A stretch of 64,000 bases of DNA from the human T2T-CHM13v2.0 reference genome, Homo sapiens. Position numbers and translations under genes: made by a program. Location: NCBI RefSeq assembly GCF_009914755.1, contig NC_060925.1; one strand, written 5' to 3'. Below are positions 46,481 through 60,760 of this stretch, one piece after another. The notes below the pieces were generated by a model. The model had not been told where the DNA came from, did no database searches, and was given only the letters and a program-made list of their open reading frames with translations. Each line of letters opens with the position of its first letter. Position 1 is the first letter of the stretch.

Positions 46481-48573
46481 GTCCTGCATTTGTGAGGTCC
46501 CCCAAGGCCCCAGGGGTGTGAGGACTCCTGGGGCTCCAGCCTTTGGAAGGGCATGCGGAGAGAAGAGATTGGCCTGGCAGGGCCTCCCCAGGCTGGGCTC
46601 AAGTGTGTGCATTTGAGCACGCAGGGCTGGGGCCTGATGACCAGGGGGCAGCCCTGTCACTCCCTGCCCATTCTCACTCCCTGCAGCCCTCTCCTCCCCC
46701 TCCATGGGCTGTCTTTACTCAGCCAGCTTCCCCCTGTCCCCCAAGGGCTGGGGGGACGGGTACTCTTGGGTCATCTCTGTATTTTGTAAGGATGATTTAG
46801 AAGCAGCCATTTGGTGGTAGGGAGTCCTCAGGCCTGAGTCCCACCAGGGAGGAAGCGCCTTCACCCACCTCTGGCTCCTGTTCCGAAGGCAGCCCCTCGA
46901 GCTTCCACCCCGTCTGAGTTCTTCCCATCACCCAGTAGCAAAGTGGGGAAACTGAGCTTGAGACGGGGTGCCTGAGCTCCATAGCCCCTCAGGGCCAAGG
47001 CTGGGTGTGGGGGCAAAACGGGCTGTGTCTGCATTGGCCAATGGAGGCCTGGATCCTGGGTGGAGGTGGGGGACCAAGCTGGTCTCAAATCTGGGGGATC
47101 ACTGGGGTGGCGGCACATCTGGGAGGCATCTCTGTTCATTCAGCAGCCACTGAGCTCTGTGGTCTGCCGCTCCCTGTGCTCCTGGCTGAAGACTCAGAGA
47201 CGGGGCACACCCTTGAGGAGCCTGCTGTCTTGAGGGGCCCGGAGCTCAGCTCAGGGCCAGGCTCCCAGCTACTCACTGCTGTACTGTGACCCTGGGAACA
47301 CCCTGAACCTCTGTGCCTGGGTTTTCTTTCCTATCCAGGGCAGCTCTGGGCTAGCCCCTTCCTAGGGGCCTTGAGAAGCTGAAGGCTGGGACCATGGGAA
47401 GCGCACAGCACGGTGCTAGCCTAGGGAAGCTCCCGGTAGAGGCTGGCTGCTCTTATTATCATGATTCCAATTGTCACTTGCTATGGGCCAGACACCTTGG
47501 ATACTGCCCGCGGGGTATGATACACCATGACTCTGAGAGGTGGAGTTACAGGAGGGGAAACTGAGGCTCAGGCTGGAGGTGCCATGCCAAGGGGTCACAC
47601 ATCCAGGAAATGATTGGGCAGGGTGTGAACCCAGTTCTGGCTGCCACACCCCAATGGCTTCCCTGTGCCAGCACCCTGCCTCAGCAGAGCCCTGGGAGGG
47701 CGGCTCTGCCCTCGCTGGGCAGCCGTGGCCCCAGTAGGTACCCCCTCCCTTTGGTTCCCAGCCCCCATGATGGATGAGTCTGGGGTTGCTTTCTTTGCGG
47801 GCAGCTGCCAAGGCCAAGGGCCCTACCAGGGTCTTCTCTGGCTTATGTCCCCCCTCCCCCACCAGTTTCCCCAGGGGGCCACGCTGCGACTGCCCGGGCC
47901 TGCCTGCCCCCTTCTCCCTCATAGCTTACATTCCTCCAGAAGCTTCTCCCCTAGGCGGGCAGGCGGTCAGCACCTCCCCATGCACAGCCCTCCCCGCCCG
48001 CTCTGCTCCCCAGCTCTTTGGCAGTGGGTCCCAGAACTTCCTGGCTTCTTCAGCCCCATCCAGCTTCTGCCCGGCTCTCCCGCTCCATCCCAGGGCCTCC
48101 CCCAGCTTCTTGTACCCAGACTACCCAGACAGGGCAATGCTTAACCCAGAGAAATGGAGCCCGATGCTTGAGTCAAGGGCATGAGAGGGAACATGCAAGC
48201 GATCAGTGAAATGTTCTTCCAAGTATGCCGGGAAGGCATCTGTGCACCTGGTCTCTGCAAAAGGCAATGCCTGACACAGTCTGGCCCCACCAGAAACCTC
48301 ACCATTCAGCTGACAGACCTTGCCAAGCCTGCCTCCTCATCTGAAAAATGGGGCCCTCAAGATTTAGCTCATAGAGTCGTGAGGGCTCATTGAGATTCTA
48401 ATCAACGGCATGCTGTCTTCACAGAGGAGGGATTTAAAAAATGATATTATCTAGATTATTGGGGAAACAGTGGGAGTTTGCCAAGAGAAAAGGCATGCAA
48501 AAAAGGGTATTCCAAGCAGAAGAAGTGGCTTATGTGAAAGCAAGGAGGTGTGATAGAATAGAAAGAGTAAAAT

Positions 48574-49539
<966 letters not shown>

Positions 49540-49559
49540 CTGGCTAACAGTTAGCAAGA

Positions 49560-49740
49560 CCTCACTGCATGCCAGGCTATACCGTTGTCAGGCTATACGT
49601 GCATTATGTTGCCTCCTCACAGCAGCCCTGTGAGGGTGGCACTGTTATTGTCTCCATTTTACAGTTGTGAAAACTGAGGCACAAGGGAGATGAAGTCATT
49701 TGCTCAGAGTCATAATGAGGGGCAGACCTGGGAAGGCTTC
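49560..49740 (-). mobile_element. MIR SINE
   Basis: cctcacagcagccctgtgagg...ctccattttacagttgtgaaaactgaggcaca. Confidence 0.8.
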
Positions 49741-51196
49741 CTGGAACGGTGGGTGTCTGGGTGAGAGGGTCGCCGAGACGTGTTCCAAGTCCTGACCTTT
49801 CCTTTGTCCTCTTCTTCTCCCCACAAGGAAGGCTGGACTTGACCTGTGATGAGATGGAGGCAGACGGAGCCTCAAAGGGTGGAAAGGGCTCCCTCAGATC
49901 CAGCTTTGCCTCCGGCCTCACAGCAGGAAGACCGGGGGCCAAGAACCAGCAGCAAGGGGCTGATTCTGATTCTGCCCGGCCCTCCCTAGGGGGCTGCCCC
50001 TGAGTGTCACCTGCCTGCCTGCAGTGGCCCTCCTCAGCCCCTGGTATCCATGGCTCAGATGGTGCCAGCCTGGGCTCCAGTACCAGCCTGGGAGCTACCT
50101 CCAGGGTCCACCTGCCAGGCCGAGTTTTGCAACCATCCTGGGCTGCAGCTCGGCAGGATGGCAGCTGGTTTGTACATACGCATGTTTTTGGCACCTTCTC
50201 CCATTAGGCTGTGTCATTACTTTGCATCACACATGGCCGACACAGCCCCGCTGGGACCCTGCTGGAGTGATGCCCAGCCCAGGAGCTCCCAGGGTGGGGT
50301 CCATGCCTCTTTGGGGCTAATACCCTCCTTCTTAGGTTCTGGGCCATGGGGACCCACAGGTCCCTGAGCCTTAGGTACCCGCTACTGTGTGCAGGAGACT
50401 GTCCTCTCCGAGAGGTGGTATGGGGTCGCGGTGAAGAACCTGGGCTGTTCACTCAGACCTGGGAGCTGTGTGGCCTGGGCTGCAGTATCTTCATCTGTAA
50501 AATGGGCACAGCACCAGCTCCTTCCATCGTTGCAGGGAGGATGGAATGAAGGTCCTCTGTGTGAAGTCCAGGAAGGACAGTGCGTGGGTGTAGTGAACCT
50601 GCTCCTCCCCGTTTTGCAGATGAGGTAACTGAGGCGCAGAAAGGAGAAGCTACTGTCCTGTGGCCCCATAGCCAGGGCTCTGTGGACACCTTCCTCTCAG
50701 CCATGGGAGCCGAAAATTGTTTCCTTTCAAAGAACAAATAGAGCGAGGGGTTCTGCTTTGCTTAAAGTCAATCAGCATTGAACAAGCCTCTAAGCTCCTT
50801 AAGCAACTTCCGTGAGTGTGGAAGCCGGCTTAGAGCAAGGGCTCAGAGAGGTTTAGTGACACGTCCCCCGTCACACAGTGGTGAAGGGCTGCTCCTGTAG
50901 GTGAAGGGTAGCATGATCCTAAGCCAGGGCTCCAGAGACTCAGATTCTGGCCTTGTTGAGAGGTTTGGGGCAGGTGACATCTCCCTCTGGGCCTCAGTTT
51001 CCTTTGAAGCTGACAGTGTGCCAGGCAGAGTTTAGAAAGAGGGTCTGCTGGAAGGGATGATGGGAGAGAGCCTGGTGGGAGAACAAGGGAGTCGGGTGCC
51101 TGGGTGGGTCAGGGTGTGTGCACACAGCCTTCCCTGACCCCAGCAAAATATGCCATCAGTGGCAACTTCTTCTTTGCCCTCTTCTCTGCCCTCTTA

Positions 51197-51510
<314 letters not shown>

Positions 51511-53600
51511 AGACTGCCAGGAGAAAAATCAAAGTACAAGAGAGAAAAGCAGGTGTACAGGTGTAGAAAGAGAAGTGATGCCTGCGCTGTCTTTGTAATT
51601 GCCAGTAAGTGCTCAGTGGAGTCTTTGAGTTCCCTAGTGGCCAAAGTAAAAAGGGATGAGTGGGCCTTTTATCCCACTTCCATGGGAGGATTGCAACAAA
51701 GGCCAAGTAAGATCCTAGATATGAAAGTGCTCTGCAAATCACGAGACCCCTGTTGAGGTGGGGTGAGAGTAATGATTGTTAACAATATCTGATTTCACCA
51801 CTGGGACTGAACCTTAGGCCTTAACCTTATCGTGTCTAACCTGCCGCTGGTGCTGACGGCGTTTCCAGCACTGTCTCCCTCATTTCTTACCTCAAGGTGG
51901 ATGCTCAGGTGGCACCAGGCCTCTGCTCAAGATGTCCCCTCAGCCTGGAATGCCTGGCTCACTGCTCCTTAGGAGTCTCATCTCCATAGCCCCCTCCTCT
52001 GAGACCCTTCACTGGGCCAGGCTGGCTCTGGGGCCCTCATCTGCGCTTCTGCAATTCCATCCTGCACACACCACACTGGATGAAAACCTCCTCCTTTGCC
52101 AGATGCCTGGCAGACAGAGTTGGGGGCTCTGTAGATTCTGGCACGGGCCCTGGCACAGTTAGTGCCTAGAAGGGGTTTGCTGAATGAATACATGTTGGTA
52201 CCGAGCCCACACCCTGTCCTCTGATCTCCACCTGTCCTCATCAAGGCAGAACACCTGGTGTTCTGGGCGTCACCTCCCCAGAAGCTGCCCCGGGCCTGCC
52301 TTTGCCCGCCCAGGAGGGTGCGTCCTGACCTCAGAAATCTCCTACCTCCCTGAGCTGCCTAGAGCCCGTAACTGTCAGGGGCCTTGGCGGGAGGGGAGTG
52401 GCCAGGGCAAAATCAGCGGATGGGTTGGGGAGCGTGGCTGCGTATGTTTCCACGCATTGGGCCACTGAATTCTTGCCTTTACTCTCTGCATTGGGCCGCT
52501 GCATTCTGTATTTACTCTAGTCCACGTCTCCCAGCAACCTCCTGTGGTAGGAGCTATTTTATCTCCATTGTACAGATGTGTAAACTGAGGCTCAGAGGCA
52601 AGCGCTCTCCCATGGCTTTGTAATTTGCAACAAGTGGCGGGTAGGCTTCGGGGGTGGTGTCCACCCTCCATATGCTCACAGCCTGAAGGGAGACAAGAAG
52701 GAGAGAAAAATAAATCAAGGAGGTGGCTGGGCAGGCCCTGGGGGGTGACAGCCATTTGAGGAGGAGGAGACACGAGCAAGTGTGCACGCCGCCACACGCC
52801 TGTGATGACAGACCCACTCGCATGCTCACTAGGCCCCAGCCCACTGTCACCCTCGCGTCTGCTCCCAGGCATCCCACATTTACACACTCATTGTCCCCAG
52901 GCTCATCCCTTGTACACCCACGATCCCCACTTCCAGCAGGACACACTGAGACACACTTGCACCCCTCGGCTGGCACATCCTCTTCACCCACACACGTGTG
53001 CTTGAACTTGGGCTCACACCCTGAGCAGCCCAGGGAGACTCTACGCTCATACACCATGCAAATGCTCATGGCCTGAGTCCCCTCTCGAGCCACACACCTG
53101 CCACCCCTCATGCCCGGCCACCAGCCCAGTCCCAGATGCCACCCCAGGGGTGCCAGGTGCCTCAGGCATCCAGGGTGATCCCCTTCAGGTGGGGCAGATG
53201 TTCTCAGCTGCTTGGGCTTGCCCTGAGGGTGGAGATGCGGCCCTGGCCAGGGGTGCAGGGCCAGGCAGCCGCTGGGGCAGAGCCAGGAGGCCCACACCTG
53301 TGTGGACGTGCCTGGGGCTGGTGCCAGCACAGTGGCCGCTCCCTCTACCCTCCAGCCTATCGGAGGGCAGCCTATGCCAGGCTGGGGATGCCAGCCTCAC
53401 ATTCTGGGAGTGTCAGAGAAGCCCGAGGAGGGGCACGGTGGGCAGGCCCGGGCCAGGCCCTTCTCTCTGATTTCGAATCTCAGCATCCCAGCTGCGTGAC
53501 CTCAGGCGACATATTCCAAGCCTCAGCTTTCTGCTCTGCAAAATAGGAATGATGACAACCTTCCCTCGTGGTTGTTGGGAGAACAAGGAAGCTAGTGTGA

Positions 53601-53995
<395 letters not shown>

Positions 53996-54319
53996 TTTAG
54001 TTTTTTTGATTTTTTTTTTGAGTCAGAGTCTCACTCTGTTGCTCAGGCTGGATTGCAGTGGCAAGATCTCAGCTCACTGTAACCTCTGCCTCCTGGGTTC
54101 AAGCGATTCTCAAGCTTCCGCCTCCTGAGTAGCTGGGATTACAGGTGTCTGCCACCATGCTCGGCTAATTTTTTTTATTTTTTTATTTTTTTATTTTTAG
54201 TAGCGACAGAGTTTCACTATGTTGGCCAGGTTGGTTTGGAACTCCTGACCTCAAGCGATCCACCTGCCTCGGTCTCCCAAAGTGCTGGGATTACAGGCAT
54301 GAGCCATCGCACCCAGGTC
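53996..54319 (-). mobile_element. AluS-like SINE (second of the tandem pair)
   Basis: Pair enclosed by one TSD cacctgttctttttt at 53676-53690 and 54321-54335. Confidence 0.93.
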
Positions 54320-54329
54320 ACACCTGTTC

Positions 54330-55140
54330 TTTTTTAAAATAGCTTGATCAAGCTAGAAGTCACATACCCTACAATTCATCCATTTAAAGGGTACAGTTTA
54401 ATGGCTTTTAGTATGTTTACAGGTAGTGTAACCATCACCGCTACCAATTTATTGCCACACTATCAATTTATTTATTTATTTATTTTAGAGACGGGGTCTG
54501 TCTCTGTTACCCAGGCTGGAGTGCAATGGTGTGATCACGGCTCACTACAGCCTTGACCATCTGGGCTCAAGCGATCCCCCTTCCTCAGCCTGCCAAGGAG
54601 CTGGAACTACAGGCACACTCCACCACACCTGCCTAATGTTAAAGTTTTTTTGTAGAGCTGGGGTCTCAATCTGCTGCCTAGGCTGGTCTTGAATGCCTGG
54701 CCTCAGGTAATCTTCCCACCATAGCCTCGCAAAGTGTTGGGATTACAGGTGTGAGCAACCATGCCCGGCCATCACTGTCAATTTTAGGGCGTTTTCATCA
54801 CCACAAAGAGAAACTTTGTGCCCTTTAGTCATCACTCCGCTGTCCTTCCACCCCGCAGCCCTAAGCAACTGCTCGTTCACTTTCTGTCTCTATACATTTG
54901 CCTATTCTTGACATTTTGTGTAAGGGAAATGAGATGATATGTGGCTTCTTTCACTTAACCCAGTGTTTCCAAGTTTCATCCATGTTGTAGCATTGTGTCA
55001 CTACCTCCTTTTTCATGGCTGGATAACACTCCGTTGCAGGGATGTTCCGTGTTTTGTTTATCTGTTCATCTGGTGATGGGCATATGGGTTGTTTCCATGT
55101 TTTGGCCTGTTTTGTTGGAGTATGCTGCTATGAACATCCA
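54330..55140 (-). mobile_element. L1MB-like 3' UTR interrupted by an AluJ
   Basis: acaattcatccatttaaagggtacagtttaatgg...aagtttcatccatgttgtagca...tatgctgctatgaacatcc. Confidence 0.8.
54470..54770 (-). mobile_element. AluJ-like SINE
   Basis: TSD cact(a/g)tcaattt at 54458-54469 and 54773-54784. Confidence 0.9.
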
Positions 55141-55849
55141 TGCCTTACCTACCTTCTGCCTGATTTTGCCTAACTTGCTAAGTTTAGCCTCTTGGCTTTT
55201 AGCCAAGCTGGAGGCAGGCAGGCCAGTGTGGGAGGACAATTAGACAAGCTGGGCTCAGTATGTGAGGCGGGGATTCTGGAGGCTGGGGAGGAGATAGCTG
55301 GTCTTAGAGGGGTGGAGACCACCTCTTTCCCACCAGTTCCCATTGGGACACTTAAATCCTCCTCCCTCTTGTCCTCTCTCTTTTCACCTTAATAGTGACA
55401 GTCAGAGGCAACATTATGGCAAGGCCTTTTGAGCACAGAATGTCAATGGATCCTAAAACACACAAACACACACTACACACACGCACTTACACACACACGC
55501 ACACACACAGCGAAGTGGATATTATTGGCATGCTCAGTTTATAGACAGGGGAATTTAAGCTTAGGAGTCGAAGTGAATTTGCCAAGCCCTGCAACTGTTG
55601 GGGCAGTATTTGAACCCAGACCTGTCCAGTTGTTGGAGAAACCTGATATGCCCCCTCCTTCCTGCCTGTTCCACCACCCTGGATCTCAGCTCGCCCCAGT
55701 GCCACCTTGCCGATTCAATCCAGTCCAGTCCAAACCTCATGCCTGAGTGTGTGTGGGCCAGGGCTGAGGAGGGTAAGGGGAGATGCTAGGGCAGGACCTT
55801 GCTGGATTTATGATGTGCCAACCCTGGCTTGGGCCCCGGAATCCAGATC

Positions 55850-56470
55850 TGAACTAGACACCATCCCTGGAGGCTGGAAATCAAGGTGGGGGAGGGGGTG
55901 CAGGCGGGGAGGCGTTGGCATGGAAGACCTGGCGACAGGGCGGGAGGTGCGGGGGGAACATGACCCAGTCTGGGTGGTGGAGTTCAAGGCAGGCTTCCTG
56001 GGATGGCAGTACTTGAGTAGGATCCGGGTGGCTCCTGAGGGAATGGCATGAGTAGAGGTGTGGAAGAGAGTAACAGGGAGAAAGGGTGCAGTGGTTTTGC
56101 CTAGAGTGGTTCTGTGGGTGGAGCCCAGAGTGTGAGGGATGAGATTTGAGAGATGGAGACAGGGTAGACCCTGAAGGGCCTAGAATGCCAGGCAAAGATG
56201 CTCAGACCTTCTGTGTGCGATAGGGAGACATGGAGGATTCTAGAAGGAGAGTAGCTTATGCATTTGGAAAGCTGCTCTGGAGTGGAGGTGGAGGTGGGAG
56301 TGGCTGAGGGAGGGGCTGGCAAGCAATTGTGGGGACCCCGAAGGGTTGGGGTAGAGGTCAGAGGTGGCAGTGACAGGAGGAGGGACTGACACAGAACTGG
56401 GGTGGGGACAGGAAGGGGGTGGAAGATTTGAAAAAATCCAGGAGGTGAATCCAAAGAATCAGATGCACAG
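55850..56470 (-). mobile_element. L2 fragment
   Basis: ggcaggcttcctgg...gaagggcctagaatgccaggcaaag...gcatttggaaagc. Confidence 0.55.
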
Positions 56471-56614
56471 GAGTCCTGAATCCTCAGGTCTGGGAAGATT
56501 CCAGGGTCTACACCCCGATTTTAGCCAGCGAGCCCTCAGCTGGGATGAAATCTTCCACAGAAACCCAACCACTCAAATGAACATGGGGCTGGAGCTACTG
56601 CAGAGCCAGGCAGC

Positions 56615-56865
56615 AGGATTCCATTTACGCAAGTTCTAGAAGACACAAAACTGATCTATGGTGACGGAAAGCAGATCGGTGGCTGCCTGGATTGGGGCAC
56701 TCATATGAAGGGGTACAGGGGAAACTTCTAGGGTGACAAAATGTTCTAGAGCTTGATCATGATGGTTACCTGGGCGTAGATACTTGCCACACTCATCCAA
56801 CTGTACATTTAAGACCTGTGCATTTTACTGTGTGTAAATTATATCTCATAAAGAGAAGGAGAAAA
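56615..56865 (+). mobile_element. L1MB/ME-like 3' end
   Basis: attccatttac...aaaactgatctatggtgacggaaagcagatcggtggctgcctgg...gtaaattatatctc. Confidence 0.8.
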
Positions 56866-56908
56866 ATCTAGTAGCTAAAAACTGGTAAAACAGAAATAGC
56901 TCTGGGGT

Positions 56909-57223
56909 GGCCGGGTGTAGTGGCTCATACATACCTGTAATCCCAGCACTTTGGGAGTCTGACTTGGGCAGATTGCTTGAGCCAGGAGTTTGAGACCAGC
57001 CTGGGCAACATGTTGAAATCCAGTCTCTACAAAAAATACAAACATTAGCTAGTGTTGTGACACATGCCTGTAGTCCCAGCTACTTGGGAGGTTGAGGTGG
57101 GATGGGAGGTTGAGGCTGCAGTGAACTGAGATCGTGCCACTGCACTCCAGCCTGGGCAACAGAGAGACCCTGTTTCAAAAAAAAAAGAAGAAGAAGGAAG
57201 GAAGGAAGGAAGGAAGGAAGGAA

Positions 57224-57254
<31 letters not shown>

Positions 57255-57267
57255 CCGGCAGGCAAAG
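56909..57267 (+). mobile_element. AluJ-like SINE with compound microsatellite tail
   Basis: TSD agctctggggt at 56898-56908 and 57268-57278; gattgcttgagcc J motif. Confidence 0.92.
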
Positions 57268-60039
57268 AGCTCTGGGGTGAGGCAAAGTTGGGGGTGAATT
57301 CTGCTCCCCTCACCGCCAGAGCAGACCCTGAGCTGCCCCCAGGCTCCTGGGGCTCCCAGCCCAGCGTCCGTTCCCTGTGGCTCCCAGGGTGTCCCCGACC
57401 ATCAGCACCCACCTGCCCTGCTCAGGTTGCTGCCTGCAGGGAGGGACGCTGGGCAGCCCCTCTTGCAAATCCTGAATTAATGAATCCCAGGAATCTGCTG
57501 CCTGTGAACAGCCTCTTCTTTGGGGTTTGGGTGAGAACCATAGGGATTAGGGCCTGGCAGGCAGGGCGCCTCCTCCCGGGGGCTCAGTTTTCACCCCAGG
57601 GGAAATCTGAACTGGCCCCCCGATCCCCCACTCTAGTTTCCCCTTTGCAACAATCCCTTGTTCTTACAAGAGGCATTATCTGCCTAATCCCTGCCCGCCC
57701 TCGCTGGCTCCTGGGGCACAGGAGTGCGTGGGGCCCACGCTGCCCCCCTCCTGGCTGCTCCCTGCCCTGGGTGCCCAGGGGCATCCCTGCCCCAGTCCTT
57801 TTGGCCAAGGTGGTTGGACCATGGGGAGAGAAAATGGCAGGCCATGGATGGGTCCTATGTCCCAGGCCTGTCTAGCATGACGCTGAACACAAACACGGGC
57901 ACACACGTACACACACTCATGCCCACCCTCACATGCAGACACACTTTTGGGGAATTTCTGGGTTGGCTGATGTGAATAGAACGGGCGGGTGAGTGGTACC
58001 TTTGCACCCCCACTTAGTTCTGAAAGGGTCAGCTGTGCAAAGGGTGGGATTGATGTCACAGTGTCCGATGGGACGGGCTGGGTGTTAGACATTTTGTACA
58101 TCCTCTTGCAGGGGGTGGGGGCCAGACAGACCTAACTTGGAATCCAAACTCCACCACTCCCTGGCCGCATGTACTTGAGCAGTTTCCTTATCTGTCAAAT
58201 GGGAATCATGAGTATTTTCCCCGGAAGGAAGGGAGGCTTGAAGGAGGTAGCATGAGCAGGGCTCTGGGGGAGATGCTCCATGAATGGTGGCTTCTTGTTA
58301 TGAACAAAACCATTTCCTGGTCATAGTCCTGCTTCTCTGCACACCCTGAGGTGCCTGTGTCTCAAATGAGTGCCTGTCTAGATGTGACCATCTGTGCATG
58401 TGGTGGGGTGCCGTGCCCCAGGTATTGCCATCACCGTACCTAACATTGCACTGTTGGGAAGGGGACCCAATCCTTGGTCACTTGAAGTCTTGTGGTGTTT
58501 CCCTGGCTGCCCTCTGAGCCTTTGCTGCTGTGATCGCCTCTGTATGGGTTACTGATAACCAGGGGAGAAGGTGGGTGGGGTGCTGGGGGGAGGCAGCCGG
58601 GGTCTGGAACAGGATCCCCAACACGGGAGGCAGGCAGGACCACGGATAACCTTAGCCAATGCCACGATTTAGCCATGGGCTGATCCCAGCTGAGGACCTG
58701 GGGATGATGGGGGAGAGGATCCCTGGGATAAGTTGAAACGGCCGGACGGCTCTGACCTCCATGTTTGAGGCTGTTCAGATGGCCAGGGTAGCTGGGGTTG
58801 GCAGGTTTGGGAGAAGATGCTGAGCAGAGGCCTTGAAGAGACTGCTTAGTTTCCGGAAGTTCAGAAGGGATGAAATGGGATTGGCTGTCGTCTTCTCTGA
58901 GAACTCATGGCCAACCTTCCACTCATTGGTGCAGGGAGGCCTGTCCTACACCTCTGGAGGCCTCCTGGAGTTCTAATATCCCCCGCAGGGGTCTTCATTC
59001 CAGTGCAGGAGGAAGGCAGGGGGCGCTCCTCCTCCCTCACCCACTCCTACGGCCTCCACAGAGACCTGATGCCGACGTTTGGAGGCTGAGTCCTTCAGGG
59101 CCCCTCCTGGGGTGACAGATTCTGAGCTCAGGAGAAGCTGGTGGCTCCATGCAGAGAGTTGTGCAGACTCGGAGCTTTGTCCTAGGTCTGCCTCTGCCCT
59201 GCTGTGTGGCCTCAGGACCATCAAACCTCTCTGGGCCTCAGCACCTGGTCTCTCAGAGGTCCCTGGAGCTCAGCTGTGTGAGAAGGGGCTCTTTATTGTC
59301 CGTCTGGGACCCCTGCTCTGGGGCATGGATCCCAGGAGAGAGGGCTCCCCCTGGGCAGATGCTGGGCTAAGGGAGCAGCCACCTGGAAGTCAGGAGGCCT
59401 AGGTCCAGGCTCTGCCTTTTCAGGCCTCAGTCTCCCCCCTGTGAAAAAAGGAGGCCAGGCTCTCTCAGAGGGGATACTGGGCCATCAGATTGCGAGGGAA
59501 GAGAGGGGAGGGTGGGCAGTGGCTGGGTGGGGCAGGGCAGGAGTGGCCCTCACCCAGGGCACACAAAGGGGCCATGTGTCCTCGGTGGGCAGTGAGGGGC
59601 GGGCCCGGGCGTCTGCTCTAGGGATGGGATTTGGCTTCAGAGAGGGGCTTTATTATGTTTCCTTTTTAATTACAATGGTCCTGGCTCCTACAACGGCAGC
59701 TTTTGTTGGGGCGGCTTAGGAGAGGGAGGGAGGCAGGGCTGGCCAGTCTGGGGCTGGAGGGGCTTGATGGGAGGGGGCCTTGCTCAGACCCTCCTGTCTG
59801 TACCCTGGGAAGGGAGGTGTGGGGGCATGAGGGAGGGGCCGGCTTTGGGGGTGGAGCAGCTGAGTTTGAGCCAAAGGGACACTTCTTCCTGCTGCATTTC
59901 TTTGCCACACTCCAAGTTCTGACATCCAACACCGCAGGGTGGCTGACCCCCGCCCTCCTCCCTCGGTGGCCCACAGGGATCTCAAGTTCAACATCAACTT
60001 CCCCCTAGACTGACTCCAGATTCTATATTGTTCATCTCA

Positions 60040-60180
60040 GCAAATTCATTCATTCATTCATTCAGCACACATTTATTGAGTAGCTACTCTGTGGCTGATC
60101 CCACTCTAGGGGCCAAGGGTGCATCCGTGAACAAGCACACCCGAATTCCCTGTTCTGTGGAGCTGGTAACCTAGCATTTA
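60040..60180 (-). mobile_element. L2 3' end
   Basis: ttcattcattcattcattcagcacacatttattgag. Confidence 0.7.
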
Positions 60181-60599
60181 CCTGTTTGTATGCTTTGTCC
60201 TCACAGTTTCTAGAAAGGCGGGATTGTGCCTTGAGCCTGCCCAGCTCGGCACTCATGACAAAGCCTGGCATATAGTAGGCTCTTTGGAAATGTTTCTGTG
60301 CCAAAGAAGGAAAGAACCATCCAGAAGGCAGGTAGACCCTGAGGGCCAGGAGGATGCTCGGACCTGGGGAAAGGCCTGGAAGGAGATGCTCGAGCCTGCC
60401 AACACTGGGAGGTGGGGATCAATGACCAGCTGACACAACGCTACGTCACTTGTTCCAATGTGCATTTGTTATTTTGTGTTTTGAAAAAGCGAGTAAGAAA
60501 ATCTTGAAATGAAAAAGAGATTGAATAAACAAGTACTTTAATGACAACAAACCAAGTATAAGATTTGTAGTTTTCCCCTAAGAAATAAAACATGTGAAT

Positions 60600-60760
60600 T
60601 TTGGACTCAGCCACATCTGCTGTTTCCCAGATGTGTGGCCTTGGGCAAGACTCAGCCTCCCTGAGTCTCAGTGCCCTCATCTGTACCCTCGCAGGGCTGC
60701 TGGGGGATGACATGGGCTCATGGCTGGGAAGGTCAGATGTATCACTACTGCTCTAGGCCC
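60600..60760 (+). mobile_element. MIR fragment
   Basis: tgtgtggccttgggcaagactcagcctccctgagtctcagtgccctcatctgta. Confidence 0.7.

Noticed and set aside
52554-53330. 258-aa minus-strand ORF
   Set aside because: GC/TG-rich, stop-poor sequence ending in a MIR; no homology I recognise.
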